Positions 37,976-49,109 of a DNA stretch of 64,000 bases are shown here, in pieces. Origin of the DNA: Phoronis australis (taxonomy: Eukaryota > Animalia > Phoronida); contig NMRA01000292.1 of assembly GCA_002633005.1 (NCBI GenBank), positions 474,404 through 538,403 of the forward strand. The letters run 5' to 3'. Position 1 is the first letter of the stretch. Each line of letters opens with the position of its first letter. The position numbers and the translations under genes are program-made. The notes under the pieces were generated by a model, which was not told the origin of the DNA, ran no database searches, and worked only from the letters and a program-made list of their open reading frames with translations.

Positions 37976-39937
37976 AAGAAAATGCCACCCAAAAAACTAC
38001 CTAGTTTGTATCAGTTTAGATCGAGTAGTTCCACTCGATAACAGCAAGTACAGCTCTTTTAACCGACACCTGACGGCAGACGGAGGTTTTGAAATTTTTC
38101 AATGACGTCAGAGGTTCGAATGTAGTCTGTTCAGCAGTCCACAACACGCTTACTGGTGTCAGGTTATGGTTTGAATTCATCGTTTTACACGAATAAATCA
38201 TCAAAATTCGAAGGAAAACTCTTACAAATATATTGAGATATTGAACAAACGTGTTATTTTATTTCGCTGTTACGGGTTTATAGGTATTTGAACGTACAAA
38301 GTTCGGTAGGCCAATTTACCAAGGTCGGTCACGAGAGTTTGGGTTCTGTTCGGTGATAAAATCAAATTATTCGTCCGTGAAATACAGACAGGAGAACATA
38401 GCTGTGTGTTGTAATTTTAGACTTGCGATTTTTTTCAGTTCTAAATACACAAAACGCTTGCTATCCTGCCCAGTGGCTCGGAACCCGATCAGGCCCACTG
38501 ATCGCGGCCGGACTGAAGACATTGCGAACATAAACCAGTCAAAGTTGGAAACTAAACTTTTAGTCACGAAAAGACTATACTAGTGAGCCAAAGAAAAAAT
38601 GTGCGCGTGGTTATTTTGGGGAATTAGCCTCAAAACTACAAATCTACTTACTAGCTCGTCGGGGGCCGCGAAGTCAGGTTACCCTTTCTCAGAACCGTCA
38701 GGGCAAAAGTTGTATAGTAACAATGATTCGATACTGTATATGAATCCCGAAATAAAGATTTCCCTAACATCTGAGCATAGAATATAAAATCGAGTTATTG
38801 TTTCACAACAGCTTTCTGTCAGCAAACACTGAATTAGCATGCGCTCACACGACCTCGGTGCCCGGTCAGTTAATTTATTGCATCTAAAGTCGGTAACGCA
38901 GTGATTTATTCAGTGCTGGCTTCTCAAATCATTTGCACTCACGAACACTTCAAGGCATTACAAACTAATGAGACAGACTTTGTTTCAGTTTTATATAAGT
39001 ATTGGTTAGGGTGAGAATAACTCATTTTAAAAGCGCACAACGTCAACGTGGCAACTCGTAATCCCTTAAGCGAGTGTTCATCCGACGAAGACTTCGCCTT
39101 TGGATCGTTAGGTTTCACACGCTATCAGTTTGAACCGCAATACACTGATCAAGAAATAATAGAGAGGCTCCGAACGTGAACAGACAACGAAACATATGGA
39201 TAGTTCCGAAACCGTTTGAATGACTTGTCATGGTGTCAGTGAGCTAACTGCATGATAATGGAGAAACGATTGACGCTTGCGTTTGCTGCCACGAAATTCC
39301 GCAAGTGAAACGCCTTCTTTGAGAAGCACAAATGTGTCTCAAGGACCATATTCTGGTTTTGCACCGCACCTAAAAAGCGGTGTGCTTACTATTTTTAGGG
39401 CTGAGAAAAAGAACTGGGGAAAACATACTACACACAGAAGACCAAACACAAGTCTCACGAACGAGCCAGTCACCAAACAGATTATATAAAACGTTGTGTT
39501 CTCACGCCTTGAATTAATTGTATGTTTATGTTCTCATGGCCAACTACATAATCAAAAACTGATCAACAACCCGGCGATCCGACGAAATGCAGGCCACTGA
39601 CAGACAGGAGAAATTTCACGGCCTCATACTTGATATTAACGGTGTACGTTTTATTCTTCACTACTTCCAAAGCTTTATGGGCCTTCGAGGAAATCGAAAA
39701 AAGCTATTTATCCGCTTTCCTCGCAGCTTCATAGTTCGCACAAGCGGGAAAGATACACCACACCATAGCGGCACTCACCCTGCAGAAGAACCACTGACAT
39801 CGCTGCGTCGTTTCTCACCTTCCTCACTGGTTAACGCGACACCTCTCGGCGAGGTAATATCTAACGTATTCGAGGTGATGTAGATATAGATCAATTAAGA
39901 CGCTAAAAAGACTAATTAAATCGGGTGGCATTCTCCT
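37976..39937. mobile_element. Kolobok non-autonomous element, family 2, copy 2 (1962 bp, inverted relative to copy 1, intronic)
   Basis: TTAA TSDs (37972-75, 39938-41); colinear reverse complement of 26636-28264. An extra ~330 bp carries a Cys-rich relic: YQFEP...RLNDLSWCQ*ANCMIM...CVCCHEIPQV. Confidence 0.88.
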
Positions 39938-41562
39938 TTAACTTTTATACATGAGTCCGAGTAAGACGAATATTAGTATGTCGTCACTTCCTATGGTTAA
40001 TCATGTGACATCACTTATACAAAGAAACTGATACTGCAATACATAATTAGGAATGCTACCACACTCCATTGAAGAACAAAAACAAAGGGCTCCATCCCAA
40101 AGCATTCGCACAGCATGGAGCTTTGGCTGAATACGCATAATACCAATAACTAGTAAAAAAGGATTCCGGTAGTTCCAAAACATCAACCAAGCTATTTATT
40201 CCAGCCAATCAGGGCGCGGTAAAATTTAAACACTGCGATCGCCTTCCATCTTGGCCTAAAAACATTAGTTGATAACGAAAGCATAAAGGTGTTTATCGAT
40301 GAGCTGAGTACACTTACAGTGCAGATCATCGATTTACCAATATGGTAAGGTGCTTGCGGACGTAAAATCACGTGGCAGATCTCGTGATCAACTGAATATT
40401 CGTCCGGGAATGTACGTCAGAAGCCATAGTGAAATTAATTTAAATTCGTAACGTGTCGCAAATATTCTTTTCTTTATTACTAACAATCAAATGTATGGAC
40501 AGGAACATATAATGGCGACAGCATTTGTGACTTTCGGATACGTGACTTCGTCGACAAGAGTCGTAAATTCTTATTTTCAACACCAGACCACTAGCGGCAA
40601 CCAACAAAACTTCACGCTATCTAATTTCAAGAATTTTTTCAAGAAGACTACCTGTTTGAACCAATCTCACACTCGAATAAAGTTGAATTGATGTGAATGG
40701 ATTGGTAATTTATAAATGGACTCAGAGGTTTTCTACCCACGGCTAGTCCAAATTGTTGGTCACTCCATGACTGCAAAAGTTTCAGTGGAATTTCGTATAG
40801 GGATCACATCAAAAAGAATCTGTTGTCGTAGCAAAGAGTGTGGTACAATAGGGAACACATGCGAAATTGTTGAGTGGAGATGAAACCAGAAATGAGCTGG
40901 GAGCACAATGTAATGAATAGTTGGAAAATACACAGGATGGTACTGACATAATCACAGGGGCCTGGCCAGCGGTCATTACAAAATGTCCTTGGAAGTTCAT
41001 GAACAAAATGAGGGCCAAATCTTATCACCACCTCAGCACATGTTGTCAGTGGTCAGGGGAGCAACCAAAATTTGTGACGATGGAAGGGGCTCAACACTCA
41101 TGTAGAATACCCCCATCGGCTTTTACCTGTTTAGCACCCCTCCCATGTACCCCCTTTGCTGGCACCTGGAGGCAACTCCCCTCTAAACCCCCAGAAGCAA
41201 TCATTAAAATTATGTAGTCCATGGAGGTATGAAATGTTATAAGGAACGATAATTTGCCATATTAAGAACACAAACATGAAACTAAACCTGTACCATGATG
41301 GCTTTTGAAAGGTGCTTCAAGGGCATGAAGCAAATACACTTTAACATTGATTTAAACAAACATTATCTTTCCCATTCGATTATACGCACTTCTCCCATTT
41401 TCAATCACACAGTATTTTTATTGCACGTCGAACGACACTGAAGTATGAACTTATCAGTGTTTACATGGTTCGGACTCTGCCGCAAAATTAGTGTTGCACT
41501 AATTTTCGACCGATAACCATTGTGGCGAATGGCAAAACGGCTGAGTGAACTCTCCTATTGTA

Positions 41563-41663
41563 CCGTACTCGTTCTGGTTACAGCCCAGGGCGCTTAAATT
41601 GGGAATCTAAAAAACAGGGGTGGGCGGTAAGCCGAGCATGGGCAGTAACCCAGACGAGTACGG
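41563..41663. mobile_element. Small Tc1/mariner(pogo)-type MITE (101 bp)
   Basis: TA|ccgtactcgt...acgagtacgg|TA. Confidence 0.75.
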
Positions 41664-42403
41664 TACTACACTCCTTAGTTGTAGTACTTATGAAGGTCAC
41701 TTCCGTCATATTTGAATTGCGCGTGTGGGACTCTACAACCTTAATTATGGTGAGTGTGATCTAACTGCTTTGTTCGGAACTATGTATTACTGCGATGTCA
41801 TTGAAGTCCAGTGCCCGGTTGTATGAAACACTTCCAAATACGGACTCACTTAATTTCCTTAAATCTAGTGCATATTTGTGGACTTGTGAAGACACCGATT
41901 GTCTTTTGTTATGCTGTTTTAAATCATTAGTAAGTCAACTTTTGGCTTTTGGTACAAACCGAGAGTAAACTCTACGTTGAATTCTCAATATTATCGAAAA
42001 TAAATAGGGATCATTTCTCGCAACGCCCCTAACTTAAGGACTGAGTCCCTATTCATTTTCATTATACTCAGGGCTCAGTTTTTAGTAAAATTATTTTGAA
42101 ATGTCATTAGTCAAAAAAGAGCTCATAATAAAGATGAAATGATAGATATGGATTACTTTTGTGAATAAAGTGATATACAATTAACTTCGCAAAAGATTTA
42201 GGGAATTTCGTTGAGTCCCTATTTGAAACTGTTTCATGCAACCGAGCACTGGGCTTAATTCCGTAGACGCAAAAACTTCTAAAGCTAATGCTGTCACGTG
42301 CTTCTCCTGTAGTGCATGGCGACATCCCGCGCACACTTCCGCGATCTTTCCCGAGCGCCAATATGGTATTGTGAACGTTTGAAGTTGGTATACATTAATT
42401 TAG

Positions 42404-42502
42404 GTTCGACGGATACTTACCACATGGGTATACTCAGCGGAGGGGACTCGTTTGGTGAAGTTTCCCTCACAGAAAATCCTGCCGCGAGAGTTACCTTAAC
42501 AT
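42404..42502 (+). CDS. CNBD1/2-like gene, exon c (CNB-A phosphate-binding cassette)
   Basis: aatttag|GT...ACA T|gtaagt, phase 1/1; GSTDTYHMGILSGGDSFGEVSLTENPAARVTLT. Confidence 0.9.
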
Positions 42503-42599
42503 GTAAGTGTAGATGCAACGAGTTTTTTTCACTTTTCATATTAACTTGTATTGACAACTGGAATTCCTTAGCATTCAAAATCAGTAAAAGAAAGCACTT

Positions 42600-43025
42600 C
42601 AATTGTCACTCTCAAAAATAACTTTAAAATGCATACACTCAAGCAATACCCCAATGTTTACAAAAAATATTCTGAAATTCCGCAATTGTGCAACAAAATT
42701 AATTTTTTTCTACATGGATGTCAAAAACTCAACCCAAATGAAAATAAGGTTTTATTCGAAACAGTATCAGAATTTCTTTATAACATTAAATCTCTATGTG
42801 TGAGTGAATAGAATTGTATAAATGTTTATGAAAATGAATTTCTTACATTCGTAATTATTTATCATTGTAATCTTAACATCAGTTTTTTTAATTTGTGTAT
42901 TCGTGTATAATAATGGTTTATAGACTTCTTTGTATTTTTTAACCCAGATCTAATGCCTCTTGGCGCTTTCTGGGTTATGTATATTCATTGTATTCTGAAG
43001 ATTTCGTAATAAACATTTAAAAAAA
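42600..43025 (+). mobile_element. LINE (CR1/L2-like) 3' end, intronic
   Basis: FLHGCQKLNPNENKVLFETVSEFL matches the LINE ORF2 C-terminal pattern; followed by an AT-rich 3' UTR ending aataaacatttaaaaaaa. Confidence 0.6.
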
Positions 43026-43266
43026 CTTTTCATTTTATGCCACCTGTGTGCACGATTGGTTCGATCCACTGAACTGAACAAAAGCTGCGCGTAGTGCACT
43101 TAGACACGTTTGAGGGATTTCATGATTATACGGGATACCGCAGGAGTCTCATTTCGGTCGCTTGGTAACAACATCAATCGCTAGGTGTCTTTTGAGACGG
43201 GCAGAATGGAATCATGTAGCCTAGTTAGTGATCACGACTGCTGATTGAGCTACGCCTAAGACCTCT

Positions 43267-43441
43267 CAAAGGCGGATCATAGGAGGCCCCAAAGGCCTCT
43301 GGCTTCCTCACTCCAAACTCGAACAACTAAAGAAGAAGAAAAAATGACGCCATCATGATACTATTGGTGGGGGTGACATAGACATCTTTCTTTGGAAATT
43401 TGTGCCCGCCCCATCTTTGCCAAGCCCTAGATCCGCTAGTG
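43267..43441. mobile_element. MITE of the CAGTGGCGGATC-TIR family, 5-bp TSD
   Basis: caaaggcggatc ... gatccgctagtg flanked by a perfect cctct/cctct. Confidence 0.7.
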
Positions 43442-44800
43442 CCTCTTATCTAACACGGTGACTAAACTTGTGTGTCAAATATCTCTAAATAAGAAACTTA
43501 CAGGAATCAACCCTACGGAGAATATAGGGAGCACGTTCAATTGACCAAGTACATTGGGGGGCACAGAACAGTTCGCACTGGGTTTTGCCAAGCTAACTTA
43601 CGCATCACTGGATTTGTCACCTTTTCTTCACTCTGTCGAAAATCGGATGCAAAGAATGACATGTTTTCAGTCATTTCATATAAAACGTCCCACAGATGAG
43701 CACAGAAACTTTAATGTGTCTTGTATTTTTGGCCTTTTCACTCCTACTGAAAAGCAAGGTAGGCCAAGAAAAAGGGGCAAAGAAATATAAAAATAACATG
43801 TAACTCAGCAACGTCCTTTTGGTCAATGAAGTGAAATTAAAGGAAGCGATATGGGGAATGAAGAATTTTACAAAAAGTATGTGTTGTTGAAGTGAGCTGT
43901 GTTGGAGTGTATAAAGAAAGAGGTGTTCGTATAACTTATCTAACGCATGCGTGAAGACGTGTGCTGAAGGTAATCACGAAACTGATCCGTCTTTTACCTG
44001 CCATAGACAAAATGCATGCGCCTTCTAAAGTCCGATTGGAATCCTTTGTATATTGTTATCAGTTCACTTAACGCGGTTGTGGTGCATTAGAAAATGTTGA
44101 TTGGCAAGGGTGACATTCTCCCGTTTGGTGTGAACGTTTAAGACCCAATGATTGAATTGATAGAAATATACGAGTGCAAGGCGAGTGTTTCGCGATGTAA
44201 GATATAAACTGGCCGCCATTAGAGTGATTGTGAGGCTGAATGTTGAATTATGGGAAAAACTCATGGATTTCGTCTCAGCAGGGAGTGCCGCAAGTGTCTC
44301 GCGAGTGTCTTGCATTCACTTAGACCCAAGATATTCGTGTGACACTTTCCGTGAGAAAGCTTTTCTCATGAAATGGAAACGGTGAGTTTTATCTCTCAGC
44401 TCAACATTCCAACCTCACCGATCGACCAATCGCTCTAGTGGACGACATTTTTCTGGGGCTTCATAGTAGCTCTCAGCTAACTCTCGAAACAACCGCCTTT
44501 CACTCGTGTGAATTTGTATGATCTTGCGTGATCTTGCTCTTCGGCAAATTTCTGGAGTCTACAGAACAATTCGAATACACCACGACGTGACCTTGGCTTG
44601 AATCGACGAAAAAGAGTGGCGCCTGTAACTTGAGCATGTTGAAGAGCGGTATTGGTTGGGAGTACTAAATTTACACTGGGAGAATGCATCCCTTTGTTGG
44701 AATATCGCAAATATCGCACAATAGGTTTCAAATGAAAAAAATAAGTCGATATCAATGCTAATCATAAGGTAACATTTTGTCCTTGTTTTTGATTGTTAAG

Positions 44801-44991
44801 GCATAGGAGATACTCAACTACTCAAGCTTAATGTGGAGGATTGTAACAAGTGCCTGCAGGGTGAATATATAAATCAATTTGCCGCGGGGTATAAAGCAAT
44901 TCATACGATGGACTTCTTCAAGGGTTGGCGAGAACTTGACCTTGAAGAAACTTACCTCAGCTCCAAAACAGAGACATTTGAACCTCACAAG
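44801..44991 (+). CDS. CNBD1/2-like gene, exon d (end of CNB-A, start of CNB-B)
   Basis: ttgttaag|GC...AAG|gtaaac; T+GC gives Cys; CIGDTQLLKLNVEDCNKCL...MDFFKGWRELDLEETYLSSKTETFEPHK. Confidence 0.88.
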
Positions 44992-45716
44992 GTAAACTGT
45001 TCAAAACACTGTCACTGCGTGAGTAAGTCCGCCAAAATGAAATATTCTGGGAACATGACACGTCTCGAATAACACAAACTAGCCACACCATATACTAGTC
45101 ACTGTTTAGCAAATAAGTAAAACCGCGTCCAGTAACTACGGAATTAAATGTCGAAGTCCCTGACATTTTTCAAGAAGGTTTCTTCTTGTACATAAGCCTT
45201 GTCATTAGTTAGAAAAGTTAGGACATTTTTAGATAACAATCCAAGAATCGTGGTCATTTAAAAGCACCTCAGAAATTTGGCTTCAGGTGGCCACAAAGAT
45301 CAATAGATTAAAGTTGTATTTCGCCTTGCTTAGATGTAGTGAATAAATGCAAAAACACAAATAAAACTGGATAATGATTTTGTAACTTTAAACTCATCAA
45401 AACAAGAAAAGGTGGTATCTAATTAGTGATAGTTTCGTTGTTCAGGGGTGCGTTCCGTGTCGCGACACACTTGAGGTGAAAAATCTTAGCTTATTGAAGG
45501 TGTAGCGTGTTTACTTACACAGCTTTGTCCAACTGCTCCATCCTCGAGGACCAATCATATCAGTGGCGGCCACTCTGCGTCAGGTCATGAGCGCCCTCGC
45601 GACACACCGTCTTGCCTTACACTCGAGTGATTTTGTGTGGTCTTGCGTAATCTTGACATACTTCAAAAAAACTAGTGCTACGGAACGCAGTCCTGACTTT
45701 GTTTTGTATTTCGTAG

Positions 45717-45948
45717 CTAGTTTTCAGAGCACAGGATACGTTGAAACACGAAAACATGTACTTTATCTTGTCTGGAGTATGCGAAATTATTCGGGAAGCG
45801 ATTCTTGAGAAAGTAACCACAAAGTACGGGTTGTCAAAAGTGATTCTGTGCGACAACCAGGACATGGGCCAACTGGGATCGTCCAATCGTTTTGAGCGCC
45901 ATTTGTGGAGATTGTTTCAACTAAAAGCAGGAGATTACTTTTCAGCAG
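45717..45948 (+). CDS. CNBD1/2-like gene, exon e (CNB domain B)
   Basis: tttcgtag|CTA...GCA G|gtgaat; LVFRAQDTLKHENMYFILSGVCEIIRE...LKAGDYFSAG. Confidence 0.88.
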
Positions 45949-46112
45949 GTGAATATTTTTAAATAATTTTAGTGTTATTAAATAAGCATTCAAACAATTC
46001 TGAGGGTAATGATTAATCTAACCAGTCGAACATGTACATCTGGCCTAACAGACGTCACCATCTCCGCTTCCGTTGCTTTTTGTGCCCGTTTCTACTGGCT
46101 TTAACTTTTCAG

Positions 46113-46272
46113 GTGAAGACTTAACAAACACGCACATAATCTCGAACTCAGTAGTAAAAGTTCTGGCCATAAAGAAGTTGATTGTAAGAAAATGCGGTCA
46201 CGAAGCAGACATGATATCACTGGGAGAGAAACTGCAAGCCAAACTTCCTTCAACGCAACAGCTATTCAAGCA
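46113..46272 (+). CDS. CNBD1/2-like gene, exon f
   Basis: ttttcag|GT...CA|gtaagt, phase 1/2; GEDLTNTHIISNSVVKVLAIKK...LPSTQQLFKQ. Confidence 0.85.
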
Positions 46273-46628
46273 GTAAGTAGAGCCATGAGGAATTTGGCAA
46301 GTTTTTCGCCATACCTTCGTTGTTTTTCGTGTATCATAATATTTGCCAGACTAAATATTCGCATTTCTTAATTACAGTTTGGTACCTAGTACAGGTGAGA
46401 GAAACAATGTAGTGATAAAAAGGCAATTAAATGGAAGTTCAGAGTTATGCTTTCGTCCCAAAGGTCAAAGCTCTCGGTCAATAAAAATACATCTGTTTCA
46501 GCTAAGCAGTAAATCATATTCAATTCATGTAACTCCGTTAATTCTTCTCTCCCTGTTAAATTGCAACACAAATCCTTGGGAAAACAGTCTGGTAATAAGG
46601 CTAATACTATAAGACGTTGAATTTTTAG

Positions 46629-46719
46629 GTATATGATATCTCGTGAATGGCACAAGTATCGGACAAGTGTTACTCAAGAGTGCAAGGGATCTCTAGGAAG
46701 GATTATAAAAAAACAATGA
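46629..46719 (+). CDS. CNBD1/2-like gene, last coding exon (stop as assembled)
   Basis: tttttag|G completes CAG; YMISREWHKYRTSVTQECKGSLGRIIKKQ* (W..Y[KR] motif); TGA at 46717-19. See the frameshift finding. Confidence 0.75.
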
Positions 46720-47029
46720 CAACCAAGAAGGACATATTTAAGTATCTGTTGCAAGATTCTGAAGAATGCTGTTTTGAATAATTTAAGACAATTTTTTAAG
46801 AAATGACTATCAGTTTTCTCCGTTTCATTTTGAGATACGCCCACAACTCAGGTCAAAACACGAAACAAACCGCGACACATGAAGTCAGTAGCACAAACAT
46901 TTGCTTTTATAAAACGGAAAAAGAAAGGTGGCAGCACTGTACGTAAACATTTCGTACTGAGGCACAAACTGGTAAATCAGTGTTTTTTACTTCCGCAAGA
47001 AATAATTGATTGGTGGCATTCTCGCTTCG

Positions 47030-47310
47030 CAGTGGCGGATTTAGGGTGGGGGGCAAGTGGGCCATGGCAGTTCGGGTGCGAATTGCTGACTAGCACACGC
47101 GCGTAACCAGGGGGGCTCGGGGCTGAATAAACAATGCATAGGCCCTTAACAAACCCCGTTTACCGTTTTTTTTTTAGTCAAAAGGTCCGCAAACACAAAA
47201 AATCGAGACCCCTGCATCCCTACACTTTAGGCTGGACGCACGCATCTGCCGAAATTCTGGTTATTCCTGTGCCCTGGTCCCCCTAACTCGAAATCCTGGA
47301 TCCGCCCCTG
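47030..47310. mobile_element. MITE of the CAGTGGCGGATC-TIR family, 5-bp TSD, with a nested MITE-like insert
   Basis: cagtggcggattt ... ggatccgcccctg flanked by cttcg/cttcg. Confidence 0.75.
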
Positions 47311-49109
47311 CTTCGCGTATTCAAACGCTTGACATGGAAACCTTGGCCTGCAACCAGTTGTGTATCCCAAAGAATATGTTACGTGTGCTAAGTGACTTTA
47401 GTTTTTTATTGTTCGTCCAACAAGTGAGCATTCGAAAAATACGAGGCGTATAGCTTTTTAAATTTGAATTTGTGGGCATTTTCAAAACATTTTTATAATA
47501 GTGCGTTATTAGTGGAACGTGGCAGATCTCGCGGTATGCTCTTGCACAGATTCAAACTGGCATTTCCTACGGTGCGCTAAGTCAACCTCAGGCACATAAA
47601 TGTCTTAACAAACGGTTTGGCAATGGGTTCAGGCTAAGATCCGATTGGTTCTCGATGACGACTTCTGGCTTTAAACCAATCAGATGTCTCTGTCAGTTCA
47701 GCCGGCGGAACCGGCGAAGTCAATCAAGAGCAAACACTACTAAAAGATCGTCATCGAGCAGACACCGAATATGCCCATGGCAACAGACATTAAAATCCAA
47801 GAAATAACTCTTCATTCTACCCAATGCTATGTTTCATAGAGCACGTACATGAACCTCTGTCATGCCTTGAAACTATTCTAACGCAAACAGTCACAAAAAG
47901 TCTTTCCAGAGAAACTCGCGCCCCGATGTTTGATTTTGAAAGCGGTACTTTTGCGAACGGGATAAAGCACGTAGACTCATGGACGATTGTGGCATAAAAA
48001 GTTTGACGTAATAATAAAACCCACAGTTGGCCACATGTATCTCTCTGAAGTGTAAGGAGTCCAATGGCAATGTAAAATGTATTAAATACAAACACATGAG
48101 GAGTTCTCAGGAGAACATAAATATGGTCGCGGGTCGAGAGACCTCCGGGAATAATTCAGTAATCAGCCAGACTTAGAGAGTTGTTGAATACGCGGGAATA
48201 AATCAACACGACAGGTGTATGGAGCATCATTTATTTGTAATTTCATACAAATTCTGTGAACCACAGAGACAGTATACAGCGATCATTTATTGCGAATTCT
48301 GGTTTGTTTGAGCACTACCTGAAATTGCCTCAGTCACTACACTGCAATGCCACACTGCTACAGAGAGGAGGTCGCCATTTTAAAGTAAATGAAATCTACA
48401 TCGGTACTCGGGGACTTCTGATTCACAGCAAGTTCACGAGCGCAAACAAACCAAATTTTATGGTACCTACGCCCAATGCAAGCCTCAAAACTTATACCAA
48501 ATCAGACCTAAACTACAAACGTGATTTCTATGGAGTGCAAATTGCCCGTGGCTACAGTACAATGCCGCCTGCCCGCAGCTGCAACCTGACTGTACAGGGC
48601 CACCAAACACCTCCAAGGCTTTGTCGAAGGGACACTTCGAAGCTACAGGAATACCCGAGGTGCTCTGGATGAATCCATTCGAAACATCTCTGGTATTTTT
48701 TTTATCCTCAAATTTCGCCTCCGAGGTAAACTTTATCTGTGCTTATGCTAACTTTTGTCAAACTGCAAATCGTTCTCTAGTTTGAAAGTCACATAAGTTG
48801 CCGTATGCACTGCACATACGTACATAATGTTCACAACGAGGCTACGAAAATACCAGAAGTGTTCCATATGGGTAAAATTCATCCATTGACGTTTTGGGTA
48901 TTTCCGCAGTATCAGTTACATTCATTGGCGATCCAAACAGTACATTGACAGGGAGAGATGTAACAAAAATATACCTAATTTTCACAAGTTTGTTCTACGT
49001 GTTATAATGCTGAAAAATTAATTGCATATAAAAATTCTGTATATGGCAGCTTCTCTGCGAAAATTTTATTGTTCACTTTAGCTCCATGTAGCAGTTGTTT
49101 GCTTTATAC

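Noticed and set aside
48256-48672. 138-aa ORF downstream of the CNB gene
   Set aside because: GTG start, no domain, and the gene already terminates at about 46.7 kb.
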